DNA of 64,000 nt, from the NCBI RefSeq assembly GCF_006345805.1, contig NC_043015.1:43524001-43588000 (forward strand), in the 5' to 3' direction. The notes beneath the pieces were generated by a model that did not search any database, had not been told where the DNA came from, and worked only from the letters and a program-made list of their open reading frames with translations. Within the stretch, counting starts at the first letter, position 1. Each line of letters begins with the position of its first letter. Shown one piece after another: positions 24,219 through 36,299 of this stretch. Source of the stretch: Octopus sinensis (taxonomy: Eukaryota). The translations under genes were made by a program, and so were the position numbers.

Positions 24219-24750
24219 AAGGCGGCGAGCTGGCAGAATCGTTAGCACGCCGTTAATAGGCGGGTGAATGTTGTACGAATGGTCAGAGCGAACGAGTCTA
24301 CTCTAAGCATGCGCCTCTAGATTGACTATAAATTTAGAGGAGAGCTGGCAGAAACGATAGCATGCCGGGCGAAATGCGTAGCCGTATTTCGTCTGCGGTT
24401 ACGTTCTGAGTTCAAATTCCGCCGAGGTTGAATTTGCCTTTCATCCTTTCGGGGTCGATAAATTAAGTACCAGTTACGCACTGGGGTCGACGTAATCGAC
24501 TTAATCCGTTTTTCTGTCCTTGTTTGTCCTCTCTGTGTTTAGCCCCTTGTGGGTAGTAAAGAAATAGGTATTTCGTCTGCCGCTACGTTCTGAGTTCAAA
24601 TTCCGCCGAGGTAGACTTTGCCTTTCATCCTTTCGGTGTCGATAAATTAAGTACCAGTTACGAACTGGGGTCGATGTAATCGACTTAATCCGTTTTTCTG
24701 TCCTTGTCTGTCCCCTCTATGTTTAGCCCCTTGTGAGTAATAAAGAAACA
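24219..24750 (+). mobile_element. Compound SINE-A insertion: head (33 nt) + captured flank + SINE body + tandem 3' duplicate (24568-24750)
   Basis: 22-bp TSD TATAAGAAGATCTTGTTATATT at 24197-24218 and 24751-24772. Confidence 0.9.
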
Positions 24751-25629
24751 TATAAGAAGATCTTGTTATATTTTCAGTTAGCTCTTGTATTTTGCGGGTA
24801 GAGCAAAGCATCTCTGACGTATATTTCATCATTTTGGTATAATCATGTTCTAATTTTTATTAGACATGATTCACTAATGATTTCAATCCAGAAATTAACG
24901 CATAAATTATTGTTATATCATAATGCTTTTCTACAACATTATACAGAGTCGCTTATTATTCATACCTCCATTGCTAAAACATTGTTCGTTTGTTCAGGTG
25001 AAATAATAGGATCATTCCGCTGTAACAGCTATAACGTTCAATAAGGTTTTCTCGGTCTTCTTGAAATGCCATAAATTTATAGGGAAAAAGGAATTTTTCA
25101 TTAAGCCAATCCATGTATAAATGCGATTTATGGACCATGAAGTGGGAAATATTTCAATCAACCTCGGCAGAATTTGGTCCTATTACGTTAAGGAGTGTAA
25201 TGGGACGTAATTTAATTTTAAGTAGCACTTAGTCAGACGGTCTATCTTTTCTGCTCTAGCACAGACCTCAAGGGTAGTAGACTACCGCAAATTAGACATT
25301 CCAGTTAATTTGCTACTACCTAGAAGTAATATAACTGTTCTGTTGGAAATAGAACAAATGTGAATTAACTCATTACGATCGATGGCGCATTACTAAAACG
25401 TGCATATTAACTAAATGTGATATGAAACGTAAATTCGTTGGATCGTGGATGACGAAACGGGTTGGACGACAGATTAAATGGCTTTCGGTAATATTTAGTT
25501 ACGCTGCTTTAAGTTTGAAGATTTGGAATCCCGCCGAGATCACCTTCCACGTTCGATAAAATAAAACCCCATTCAAGTGCTGCATTCGATTTATCAACTA
25601 TACACCGCTCCATAAAATTTAGAGTATTG

Positions 25630-26039
25630 GGATCTTTTCGGTTTGAACGGCAGGTTTTCTAGCAGTGTCATATGAAATTGTCACCCATAATTATGACCCT
25701 AGTATCGATCTATTGCATTTCAATCTGTTTTAGTGTTAGGGTTAGGGGGAAGGTTATCTTTTTTCTTCACAAATGTAAATAAACCCAATCTGTTTCTTAA
25801 ACGAGGGGCATATTCATACGGCACAGAATGGGTTTTTTTGCCTCAATAGACGTCACTGATTGGTTGAAATTGCAGAAATTGAAGAAAAAAAAACAAATAT
25901 CTTACAAACTATAGAATTTTCTCAATAAAGCCAAGAGAAGAAGATGTTTTATAAACACATTCTACCAGTATACGAAGTTTAAAATTTGTTAGTTACCTAG
26001 AAATTATGTTAAAAACTGCCGTTCAAACCGAAAAGATCC
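25630..26039. mobile_element. MITE with ~24-33-bp TIRs and 8-bp TSD
   Basis: GGATCTTTTCGGTTTGAACGGCAG (25630-25653) / CTGCCGTTCAAACCGAAAAGATCC (26016-26039); flanks GAGTATTG and GGGTATTG. Confidence 0.88.
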
Positions 26040-26793
26040 GGGTATTGTGCTTATGTATGAAACGAGTCCCATGGAAAGTGAATTGGCAGAGGCGGTAGAG
26101 CATCGGGCAAAACTCTTTTACGTGTTTCTAGTGGCTATTTAAGTTCTGAGTTCGAATCCCGCTGAGATCAACGTTGCTTTCTATCCCTCTAAAGGCAATA
26201 CAATTGACTGTCCCCCTCCCAAAAAGTTTCAAGCTTTATTCGTATTACAATTATTTGTATTTTTCAAGTCAAGGAGATAACTGTATAGACTAGATCGCTC
26301 CCATCAAATTGCGGGACTTGTACCAATGTTAAAAACAATTATGAAAAGCCATAAATAGGTAGAATCAATAGAGCATCGGATAAAATGTTTTGAAGTAATT
26401 GTTGCGATGCATCTCATTCTGCGTTCAAATCACGTCCGTGTCACCTTTAATTTTCATCTCCGTGTTTGATCGTTGATGGTCTTAGATACTAGCCACATAC
26501 GCCTTCCTTTGGTTAGGACGAGCGGGCAGTGTTTCTTTGCCTAGTGGCCTGAGCCAAAGAGATTGTTAGGTAGGCCAGATTGAAAGGGCTGAAGATGAAC
26601 ACTTTTCTGTTTGATCGAATCCTTATCGACTCTTTCAAGTTTCACTTGCAAACCTAAATGAGGGTAGAAAGAAAAGGGAAGTTCTGCCTCGCAGCAATTT
26701 TGTTAATAGGCGGATGAATGTTGTACGAATGGTCAGAGCGAACGAGTCTACTCTAAGCATGCGCCTCTAGATTGACTATAAATTTAGAGGAGA

Positions 26794-27016
26794 GCTGGCA
26801 GAAACGATAGCACGCCGGGCGAAATACGTAGCCGTATTTCGTCTGTCGTTACGTTCCGAGTTCAAATTCCGCTGAGGTCGACTTTGCCTTTCATCCTTTC
26901 GGGGTCAATAAATTAAGTACCAGTTACGCACTGGGGTCGATGTAATTGACTTAATCCGTTTGTCTCTCCTTGTTTGTCCCCTCTGTGTTTAGCCCCTTAT
27001 GGGTAATAATGAAATA
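26794..27016 (+). mobile_element. SINE-A
   Basis: 17-bp TSD TATAAATT(T/C)AGAGGAGA at 26777-26793 and 27017-27033. Confidence 0.9.
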
Positions 27017-27894
27017 TATAAATTCAGAGGAGACTGCACCTATTTTAGATATTGGGGTGATCTTGTTTCTGTTTGTTTTTGTTGGGTTTCCACGAGCAGC
27101 CCTTGTAATTGCCCCTCATGTGGGCATTTTAATTGTTAGAATTATATCTACTCTTAGTCTTTTGTTTACACATTTCAATTCCATTTTCTTCGTAATGTGT
27201 TGTCTTGTACCGTCTCCAACATTTTTTTTATTTGATCTCTTATTGGTGAATAAAGAAATCATAATTATTATTAGTGTTGTTCTAATAATGCCGCGGATTA
27301 GATTAATATCGATTAATGAGTAGCTAACGAAGAGTAGTTGCTGCTGTTTCTACTGCTGCCGCGGCTAATGATATGATGGCGAGGGTGCTGCTGCTACAGT
27401 TGGTTCAACTGTTGCTGTTGGTTCTGCTGCTGCTGCTGTTGCTGTTTCAGCTGCGGCTGATGATGAAAAAGGTTATTATGTAGACGAGAAAGATGAGATG
27501 AAACTGAAACAAAGACACTGACAATTGTTTCCGGTTGAATGCCGAGAGATAATAAATGTTTTTGATCTTCTAAATTAGTTATATAATTGTTTTTCACATC
27601 TTACGGTGACCTTAATTTAAACCACTCTCAATTTGGCAACCATTTTACTTTTAATTAGCTCTCCAAGATATTCAATATAAAATAAAAAATTTAAAGAAAA
27701 TATTCACCGCTTCGTGTTATTTCATATTCCGAAATATTTGCAGTAATTTTTTTCTTCAAAGTAAATTAGATTATTGTTATTAGTGATATTGCTGTTGTTG
27801 AAGTTATTTAACATTAGATCAAATATGATGACGAACATTGTGATCAAACTGTTTGTTCCATATGTGACCATCTCGTCATATTGTAAATATTCTC

Positions 27895-28168
27895 TTTACT
27901 CTCTTTTACTTGTTTCGCTCATTTGACTGGTCATGCTGGAGCACCGCCTTCAGTCGAGTAAATTGACTCCCAGGACTTATTCTTTGTAAGCCCAGTACTT
28001 ATTCTATCGGTCCCTTTTGCCGAACTGCTAAGTTACGGGGGACGTAAACACACCAGCATCGGGTGTCAAGCGATGCTGGGGAGACAAACACCGACACACA
28101 AGCATACATACATACATACATACATACATACATACATACATACATACATACAAACATACATACATACA

Positions 28169-28200
<32 letters not shown>

Positions 28201-28297
28201 CATATATACGACGGGCTTCTTTCAGTTTCTGTCTACCAAATCCACTCACAATGCTTTGGTCGGCCGAAGGCTATAGTAGAAGAGACTTGCCCAAGGT
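27895..28297 (-). mobile_element. OR2-like SINE lacking the head, internal (TACA)n
   Basis: Tail CTCTTTTACTTGTTTCG through ...GACTTGCCCAAGGTG. Confidence 0.88.
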
Positions 28298-28471
28298 GGG
28301 TATAATTTTGTTCAACATATCCATCGTTTTTTTTCTTTTTAAGACAGAAGGACTTTCTTTCCAACCGAAACCGGCTTAGTTTTTGGTTACCGTCTTAGCA
28401 AATTGAGTGACCATTTAAATGTTTTTTCATTGGGTTCTGTCTCTTGCAACGTTGTTAATAGATATGTCTAC

Positions 28472-28805
28472 TCGCAGGAGTGGCTGTGTGGTACATAGAT
28501 TGCTTACCAACCATATGGTCCCGGGATCAGTTCCACTGCGTGGCACCTTGGGCAACTGTCTTCTACTATAGCCTCGGGCCAACCAAAGCCTTGTGAGAGG
28601 ATTTGGTAGACGGAAACTGAAAGAAGCCCGTCGTATATATGTATATACATATGTATGTGTGTGAATATGTTTGTGTGTCTGTGTATGTCCTCCAACATCG
28701 CTTGTCAACCGATGCTGGTGTGTTTAGTTTCCCGGCATAAGAGACCGATAGAATATGTACAAGGCTTACAAAGAATAAGTCCTGGGAGTCAATTTGCTCG
28801 ACTAA
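28472..28805 (+). mobile_element. OR2-like SINE
   Basis: CGCAGGAGTGGCTGTGTGG head through ...TTTGCTCGACTAAA. Confidence 0.88.
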
Positions 28806-29020
28806 ATGCAGTGTGTGTGTGTATGTATGTCTGTGTGTCTGTGTGTGTGTGCATAGTTTTTGCACCTGGAAACGAAACTGAGAGTAGCAATGAATGACTC
28901 AACCAAAATATATCATTTTTCTCTACTATTCTTCTCTGCTTCCAATAGTCAACATTTATCTATCTATATATCCATCTTTCAATCTATCTAACCCCACCCC
29001 ACATATGTATATACAAAGAC

Positions 29021-29062
<42 letters not shown>

Positions 29063-29084
29063 GCCTTGATTGACTGCCAGCTGC

Positions 29085-29250
29085 AAAAGCTTTATTTATA
29101 TTTTCTCGTGTTCCTTTCTCTTGAAGAGCGTAGGCTCGAAACGTAAAAGACTTTCTCACCTTCCCGAGCGTTAAACTAATACACCTGTTTGTTGTTTATA
29201 ACCTGTGTTCGTCTCTTGTTTTACTGTAAATTCCAACAATATATATTTAT
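29085..29250 (+). mobile_element. Short Penelope-like-derived element ending at (TA)n
   Basis: Homologous to 5145-5360; contains the fold at 29114-29149. Confidence 0.55.
29114..29149 (+). ncRNA. Degenerate hammerhead-like motif (core CUCUUGA)
   Basis: CTTT-CTCTTGA-A-GAGC-GTAG-GCTC-GAAAC-GTA-AAAG. Confidence 0.35.
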
Positions 29251-29410
29251 ATAGTTGTGTCTCCTCAGGTGATATATAGTCGTTTTACTCGGTAACTAAA
29301 TCGTTGACATTAATACTAATCACATCTAACTGACTCTTTTGAATCTAGTAGACGCTCGCAGTTCCATTCTGCTCTGTTTTCTACTCTAATACAGTCCTAA
29401 CACAATTACC

Positions 29411-29432
29411 TTATATATATATATATATATAT

Positions 29433-29478
<46 letters not shown>

Positions 29479-29483
29479 GATAA

Positions 29484-29518
<35 letters not shown>

Positions 29519-29572
29519 TATATAATATATTATATATATATATATAATATATATATATATATATGTAATTAT

Positions 29573-29610
<38 letters not shown>

Positions 29611-29624
29611 TACAATATATATAC

Positions 29625-29720
<96 letters not shown>
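29411..29720. repeat. (AT)n then (GATA)n microsatellite
   Basis: Direct reading. Confidence 0.95.
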
Positions 29721-30649
29721 TTGTAAAGTGAAACTACATATGGAAATTTATCTACAATATCTTAGATCTAATGAAGCTAGGTTAAGATGAAGAATCAATA
29801 GTCTTAAATTTCCGTTTGATAAGAGGCCAGTCACTCTAAAATAATATTTACCAAAGTTCTGATGCTTTGGAGAAACGATTTACGTCGAATCAAAAGCACA
29901 AGATTAAGATATAAGGGAATGATTACGGCAGATATGAACGGTTCACTCATGCAAGCTTCTAATTTATCAACATCGGTAATCTAAACTCCATCACAGGATA
30001 CCATAATTTATTCAGATTGAATAATTGTCAATTAAGATCTAATTTATTACCAATATATAATTTCTTTAAACTATTATTTCTTATACAGCATTATTGATAT
30101 TCGATACGAGGGTATCAATAAAAACAATTCGATCTTTATCCGTTGCATGATGGATGACATTCATATAGTAAGCGACAGTGTGAAAACGCCACAAAAGAAC
30201 AATGGTTTTCAAACCTTTAATTACGAAACATTCTCAGAAGATACGGTTAACCAATTACGATAAAGATGGCAGTTAAAATCCAATTGTTTGTTATAAAGAG
30301 ACCATTCAAATACCAGACACAAAGTGATCTTTCAACTTAAAGACAGGTCATTAGTTGATTACGAGTTCTTGACTTGTAATCAGCTAACGATCTGATGTCG
30401 TGGTGTTTCGTAACTAACTTGTTACAGCAGAATAAGCGTTTGGTTCACATTTGCCGCTTATTCAAGCAACAGCACACTCGATTTCAGACATATTGCTTTC
30501 AGAGAGATTGACCTGCAAACAAGAAAAGCGAGCATCAAAGCAAACTGACGCAAGAAAGATGCATGCATACATACATACATATATACATACATACATTACA
30601 TGCATACATACATACATACATACATACATACATACATACATACATACAT

Positions 30650-30830
30650 ACAAGCTGCCAGACGAGATGGTAAAGATGCCGACGACCGCTTTGTTCAAAG
30701 CCTCCCTGGACATCAAGTGGCCTGAACTCTTTACATGAACACCACCCTGTACTTAACTCCATGTCCCCCTACATGGCCTTGCTATTTGCTTCTGAGCCAA
30801 ATTAACTAACTAACTAACTAACTAACATAC
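30650..30830 (+). mobile_element. Severely 5'-truncated CR1/L2-type LINE end with (CTAA)n tail
   Basis: KLPDEMVKMPTTALFKASLDIKWPELFT* resembles WN.LP...V.A.....FK..LD; tail AACTAACTAACTAAC. Confidence 0.6.
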
Positions 30831-31024
30831 ATACATACATACATACATACATACATACGTACGTACGTACATACATACATGATGGCTGCCCCCTCGTTAT
30901 CGAGTATGTTATTGGTGCTGTGATCGAATGTGACTATTATTTGCTTTTTAAGGCTACAGCCAGCTATTGAATTGAGACTCAAAGCACCAACAACAATCAT
31001 GAACAATGTTGTAATCGTGCAATG

Positions 31025-31362
31025 CCTACTCTTTTACTTGTTTCAGTCATTTAACTGCGGCCATGCTGGAGCACCGCCTTTAGTCGAGAAAATCGACATC
31101 GGGACTTATTCTTTGTAAGCCCAGTACTTATTCTATCGGTCTCTTTTGCCGAACCGCTAAGTAACGGGGATGTAAACACACCAGCATCGGTTGTCAAGCA
31201 ATGCTAAGGGGACAAACACAGACACACAAAACATATACACACACACTTATATATATATACATATATACGACAGGCTTCTTTCAGTTTCGTCTACCAAATC
31301 CACTCACAAGCATTGGTCGGCCCGGGGCTATAGCAGAAGACACTGCCCAAGATGCCACGCAG
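31025..31362 (-). mobile_element. OR2-like SINE running into the assembly gap
   Basis: Tail and body match other copies; truncated by Ns. Confidence 0.88.
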
Positions 31363-31462
31363 NNNNNNNNNNNNNNNNNNNNNNNNNNNNNNNNNNNNNN
31401 NNNNNNNNNNNNNNNNNNNNNNNNNNNNNNNNNNNNNNNNNNNNNNNNNNNNNNNNNNNNNN
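31363..31462. other. Assembly gap (100 N)
   Basis: Run of N. Confidence 0.99.
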
Positions 31463-31785
31463 ATTTTATATATTTTTATATATTTTTATATATTTTTTTA
31501 TGCATTTTTATATAATTTTTATGACGATAAATGCGAGCGATGTATAAGTACCAGGCAAAGCAGAGTGATAACAGAGTAATTTCCCTTCATTTTTAACGGT
31601 ATTTTTTCATAACGTTTTCAAATAGCCAGATAACGAAGAGATGGTGTTGTGGATTTCCACTCGGCATCTGAAACTCAGAGTTTTATCTTGACTACCGAGT
31701 AATGTAACATATTGTATAGATAAATTTCCTCTATTTACATAATATTGAGGTCTCTTTTTCTCTTTTGTTATCTTACCGTTTTATC

Positions 31786-31851
<66 letters not shown>

Positions 31852-31937
31852 ATTTATCTCTGTGTGTATGGGTATATATTATTATTATTATTATATTATT
31901 ATTATTATATTATTATTATTATATTATTATATATGTA

Positions 31938-32009
<72 letters not shown>

Positions 32010-32013
<4 letters not shown>

Positions 32014-32350
32014 CTTGGCCAAGAAGTCTGTTCGGTCTTTGTCTGTGTCGATATTACCTTCAAGCACGCTAACGAGTAGCTAACTTGTGTCTGTCGTAGA
32101 TACATGACTCTTCAACATAGTTCGTCGCAAACCTACAACGAGACAATTTGTATTTTTCTGTGCTTGCGATCATCCTGAATTTGTATAACCGGGACAAACG
32201 TTAGAACGCCTTAGGCATATTTTCTATTTTAGAAAAAGGGAAAAATTAACAGCAACCTGCTAGAATATATGTTCTTTGTACAGAAGGTGTTTACAAGATT
32301 TCGATCAAGAAACGATAAGATGCACCTAGCTCTGTCTAGCAAACTGTTTG
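32010..32350 (+). mobile_element. Mariner 5' end relic
   Basis: TA + TTGGCTTGGCCAAGAAGTC TIR-like start; degenerate LRHIFLF..KGK N-terminal motif near 32210-32280. Confidence 0.55.
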
Positions 32351-32559
32351 AACGCACTTTGTAATCCAAACTTCTCTGATCAAGAATAACTCTTTTGTGA
32401 TAGGATTCCTACTTTCCTGACTTTGTACTGTGTGATTTCTAGCTTTTACCAAACTGAAAACCACGCTAAAATGGAAGGAATTTGCGTCGCGAAATTAAAT
32501 GAGTAGAAAAGCGACTGCGGAGCTCCACAGCATTTCAAAGAAAGGCGTTCCAAACGGGT

Positions 32560-32725
32560 TACCAGCAGTGACAGAACCACAGAGAGATGTGTGAGTATGG
32601 GGGATGTACGAGATTTTGCCAGGCACTTTTTTGCCCTGAGCTTAAAATTCCTCCTCTTTTGAGGCTTCCGTTGGATTTGCAAACCTTCTGGCATATACAC
32701 CATTCAAAGGTGTGCACAGGTATAT
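32560..32725 (-). pseudogene. Host RTE-type C2H2-like C-terminus, distal part (split by nested RTE)
   Basis: Reads IPVHTFEWCICQKVCKSNGSLKR, continuing the frame from 35294-35167 across the TSD. Confidence 0.55.
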
Positions 32726-35166
32726 CATCATCATCATTGTTCGACCGTGGTCGAGACAATGGAATTTACCATGTTGCGCCAGACTTCACGGTCCATCATA
32801 GCATTACGGAGGTCCTGTTGCTGGATGCCTGTATCCCTGGAGATTACATCAGGGTAGGAGAGTGTGCGCCCTCTGGTGTTGCGAGTAGATGGCTTCCAGA
32901 GGAGAAGAGTAGAAATTATTTTTTTTCAGCTCTACAACAATGTCCAGCAAACTGGACTCTCCTACCTTTCACAGAGATGACACAGGTGGTAATTTCCCAT
33001 ATATTTGCATTTTAGTTGGATGGCGCCTCCACGAGAGATTTTGAGCTCTCATAAGGAGGCGAGTGTAGGTTCCATCCAACCGCCTCTCAAGCTTCTTTGA
33101 TAACGTCCAGGTTTCTGAGCCATATAGTAGAATTGGTTCGACTGTGGCTTTGAATATTTCAAGTTTGAAGTCTCTACTTAGATTTGATGACCAGATCTTA
33201 TGCATGTCATTACAGGCTGACCAGGCCATACCCTTTCTAGTTAGAAAGTCTTTTCCAGATGATGATATGTATGACCCACGATATTTATAATCAGAAACCA
33301 TATTTAAAGGTGCACTGGTGAGAGTGTGGATGATGCAATCACTGTTGGACAGGCACTTGTTTATGTATTCAGTTTTGGTCTCATTGAGGTAAAGACCTAC
33401 ACAATTTGAGGCTTGTTCAAGAGATTGTAAAAGAGACTGGGCATTGGAGAGAGAATCACTGATAAGAGCGATGTCGTCAGCAAAGTCAGTGTCTGTCAAG
33501 TACTCAGCTGGGTGTCTGGAACTTCTTCTTGGTTTTATTTCAAAGCCCTTGCCAGAGATGGTATCAACTGACATACGTAGCACATAATCTCCCTGCAGTA
33601 TTCCGGCCTCGATCGAGAAAGATGATGTTTCTCCATCAGGGGTTAAGATGGTTGAAGACGTATCTGTGTAGAGGACCTTGATGGCAGAAATAATTTTGTC
33701 TGGTATCCCATAGAGCTTAAGGATTTCAAACATCTTGTACCTATCTACAGAATCGAACGCTTTAGAAAAGTCTACAAATACCATTGCAAGATCGCGATTA
33801 AATGCTTTTGATTCTTCAATAAGTCTGCGCAGGCATAGTATCTGGCTCAGCGTTGAGCGCCCATGTCTGAATCCATTTTGGTTCTGTCGGAGCAAAGGTT
33901 CAACAAAAAGGACAAGACGATTTAGGATCAGTTTGTTGTACAGTTTTGCAGCAATTGACATTAGAGATATGCCCCTGTAGTTGGTGACGAGGGACAAATC
34001 GCCTTTTTTGGGTATTGGAATGATTTGAGATTGGTGCCAAATCTTTGGAGCGACAAAGGTGGAAAGTGTGTGGTTGCAGAGGTTAAGCAAAAGTGTGTGA
34101 AATCTATCATCCTTCCAAATCACAGCCGGAATGTTGTCGGGACCAAATGCTTTCGAGGCTTTAGTGCTTGGTGGCTGCTGTTAGTTCAAATATGGTAAAA
34201 GGGGAGGTGTTGATGTCCAGCGTGTCTGATATAGGCACATTGGGATAGTGGGGTTATCAGGGATTTTGGCATTCTTCCCAAGGAGGTTTTTAAAATGGGT
34301 TGACCATTTTCTAAACGCTTCTTAGCTGATCCCCCTTTAATTCTAATGATGACCCAGAATTTTTGCCTGATAGGTCTTTGATGGATTTCCAGGCGAGATG
34401 GTGTTTTTACAATGTGCTCTTTCGATAGTTTACTAATTTTGCCATTGATAAATTCGACCTCGGCGTTCAAGTAAGCCTCATAAAGATTCTTCCTGGCAGC
34501 TATGAGTTGGATCTCAGTGACTGGGATGGAGAACGGTGGTAAGCTAGTGTATAGACATTAGATGGTTCTGGCTTCGATGACATTTGGGAATTAGAAGGTT
34601 GCTCTGGCCCCTACTCTTCCTTTTGGGAAGAGTAGCCAGTGCAACTTCCTCTGTTGATTTGATGAGGCTGCTGTATACTTCCTCAATGTTCTCAGCATCT
34701 ATTTCAGAAGTAGACAGAGATTGAAATTTGTTATAGACCTCAATAGTAAATTATTTGGACATATCGGGATTAGATAAGACTTCCTCCCAGTCGATCATTT
34801 TGATCGGGTGAGGCTTAGTTTTTTGGATGAGCGAAGACTAAGCTTAACGGTAGCTGATACAATTCTGTGGTCAGAGCCGACAGAACTAAAGGAAGAGTAG
34901 GATCTCGAGTCCTTAACACTATTGCGCCATTTCTTTCGAAAGATGAGGTAGTCAATTGTGCCCTATCACCAAGTGGGGACTCAAATGTCCAAAGTTGACC
35001 TTTTGGTTTCATAAAAGAATTGTTGGAGGTGTAGAGATTAAATTCCTCCAAGAAGTCTTTGAGCATTTCTCCGTTCCGATTGGTTTTAGAGTTGAAAGTA
35101 AACTTGGTCTCATCGGGTCCTAGTCTAGCATTCAGATCACCAGCTATAACCAGATATATATATATA
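32726..35166 (-). mobile_element. 5'-truncated RTE-clade LINE: endonuclease part, RT ORF 32969-34123, 3' UTR, (GAT)n tail
   Basis: 10-bp TSD ACAGGTATAT (32716-32725, 35167-35176); endonuclease GDLNARLG/TNRNG/SDHR motifs; RT NYRGISL, QNGFR.GRST, DFSKAFDSV, FADD; frameshifts between the domains. Confidence 0.93.
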
Positions 35167-35300
35167 ACAGGTATATAGACAGAATAGTTAGTAGAGTTTC
35201 GTTTTCCATGAGTTCGCAGATGAGATTTGAGCCCAGCAATACAGAGGCATAGTTTGTCACAGACTGTGCGCACAAAGAGGTTATCGTCATTCACCTTCTC
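35167..35300 (-). pseudogene. Host RTE-type C2H2-like C-terminus, proximal part
   Basis: FVRTVCDKLCLCIAGLKSHLRTHGK resembles the C..C.R.C.S..GL.SH.R.H motif at RTE ORF ends. Confidence 0.6.
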
Positions 35301-35829
35301 GATCGTTACATTTTCCCTTAGACCTCTTTTGAGTCATACATGCGTTATCCTGGCCTTTTCCACACTTTTGTGCGCAACGCAAGTCGATCCGAAGCAAGTC
35401 TTCTTATATATATATATATACGTACATGCATGCATACATAAGTGTATGTATGTGTGTGTATGCATGTTTGTCTCTGTGTGTGTTTGTGTATGTGTGTGTG
35501 CGTATGTGCGTGCTTGTGCGTGTATCTCTGTGAATATATACAAAATGTTCGTTTCAGTTTTTCAGTCTACTTGATTATTAATTTAATAACATTCGATCGT
35601 AAATGTGATATTCATCTTCAGCCACAGTTTTCGTTACACGTTTCGCGTCTCGCTTTAAATAATTAATAATACTTCAGCCATTATCTAGTAATAAAACAAC
35701 TTCATAACGGAAAGTTGTTTGAAAAATTATAATCTTTGCTTTGCATTAATTCTCAAGCGACAAATCAAACATGTCTGTATAGTTTGTCGCCTGTGATACA
35801 AACACAGAACCAACCATAATTATATCTTA

Positions 35830-36079
35830 TATATATGGTTCTACTTTTATCTTATATTAAACTTTTTAATAATTTTTGACAGTTTATATATTTAATAAAA
35901 TCAAATATATATATATATATATAATTTTATAAATATAAATTAATATTTTAATTTTAAATTTAAATAATTTAAATTTTTAAATTATATATTTTATATATTT
36001 TGTATATTATATTTTTATGTTTTGGTTTATGTATTTCGTTGTTTGATTTGCCTAATAGTGGTTTTATCTCTAATCTAAT

Positions 36080-36085
<6 letters not shown>
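35830..36085 (-). repeat. Extremely AT-rich dispersed repeat, inverted relative of 41195-41560
   Basis: TTTTATGTTTTGGTTTATG...TGGTTTTATCTCTAAT matches the reverse complement of ~41210-41280; TTAAAAAGTTTAATATAAGATAA is also shared. Confidence 0.7.
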
Positions 36086-36118
<33 letters not shown>

Positions 36119-36299
36119 GTGTGTGTGTGTGTGTGTGTATTGAAGGCGTACAAAGCAACGTTAGAAAAATATTTAATAAGACTATACTAACGTACATATA
36201 CACACACACATACTCACACATGCATATATGCACGTAGTATTCGCGGGCTAAATCTTGTGGGGTTTTTTATGTCTCCTTTTCTTCTGGAGTATTTCATCT

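Noticed and set aside
24252-24343. 92-nt repeated 'leader' as a Pol III upstream promoter or a twister-like ribozyme
   Set aside because: At 26702 it ends in the SINE's own TSD, so it is genomic flank; I could not fit twister or HDV pairings.
25736-25747. Interstitial telomeric repeat
   Set aside because: Only two TTAGGG units, inside a MITE.
27394-27597. Poly-Q ORF as a transcription-factor fragment
   Set aside because: Driven by a degenerate (CTG)n tract; flanking peptide unrecognisable and no convincing splice context.
30089-30167. Candidate 79-nt exon (TTCTTATACAG...GTAAGC, one open frame)
   Set aside because: Peptide IIDIRYEGINKNNSIFIRCMMDDIHI is not recognisable; unsupported without RNA data.
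31191-31579. ORFs spanning X residues
   Set aside because: They read through the 100-N gap.
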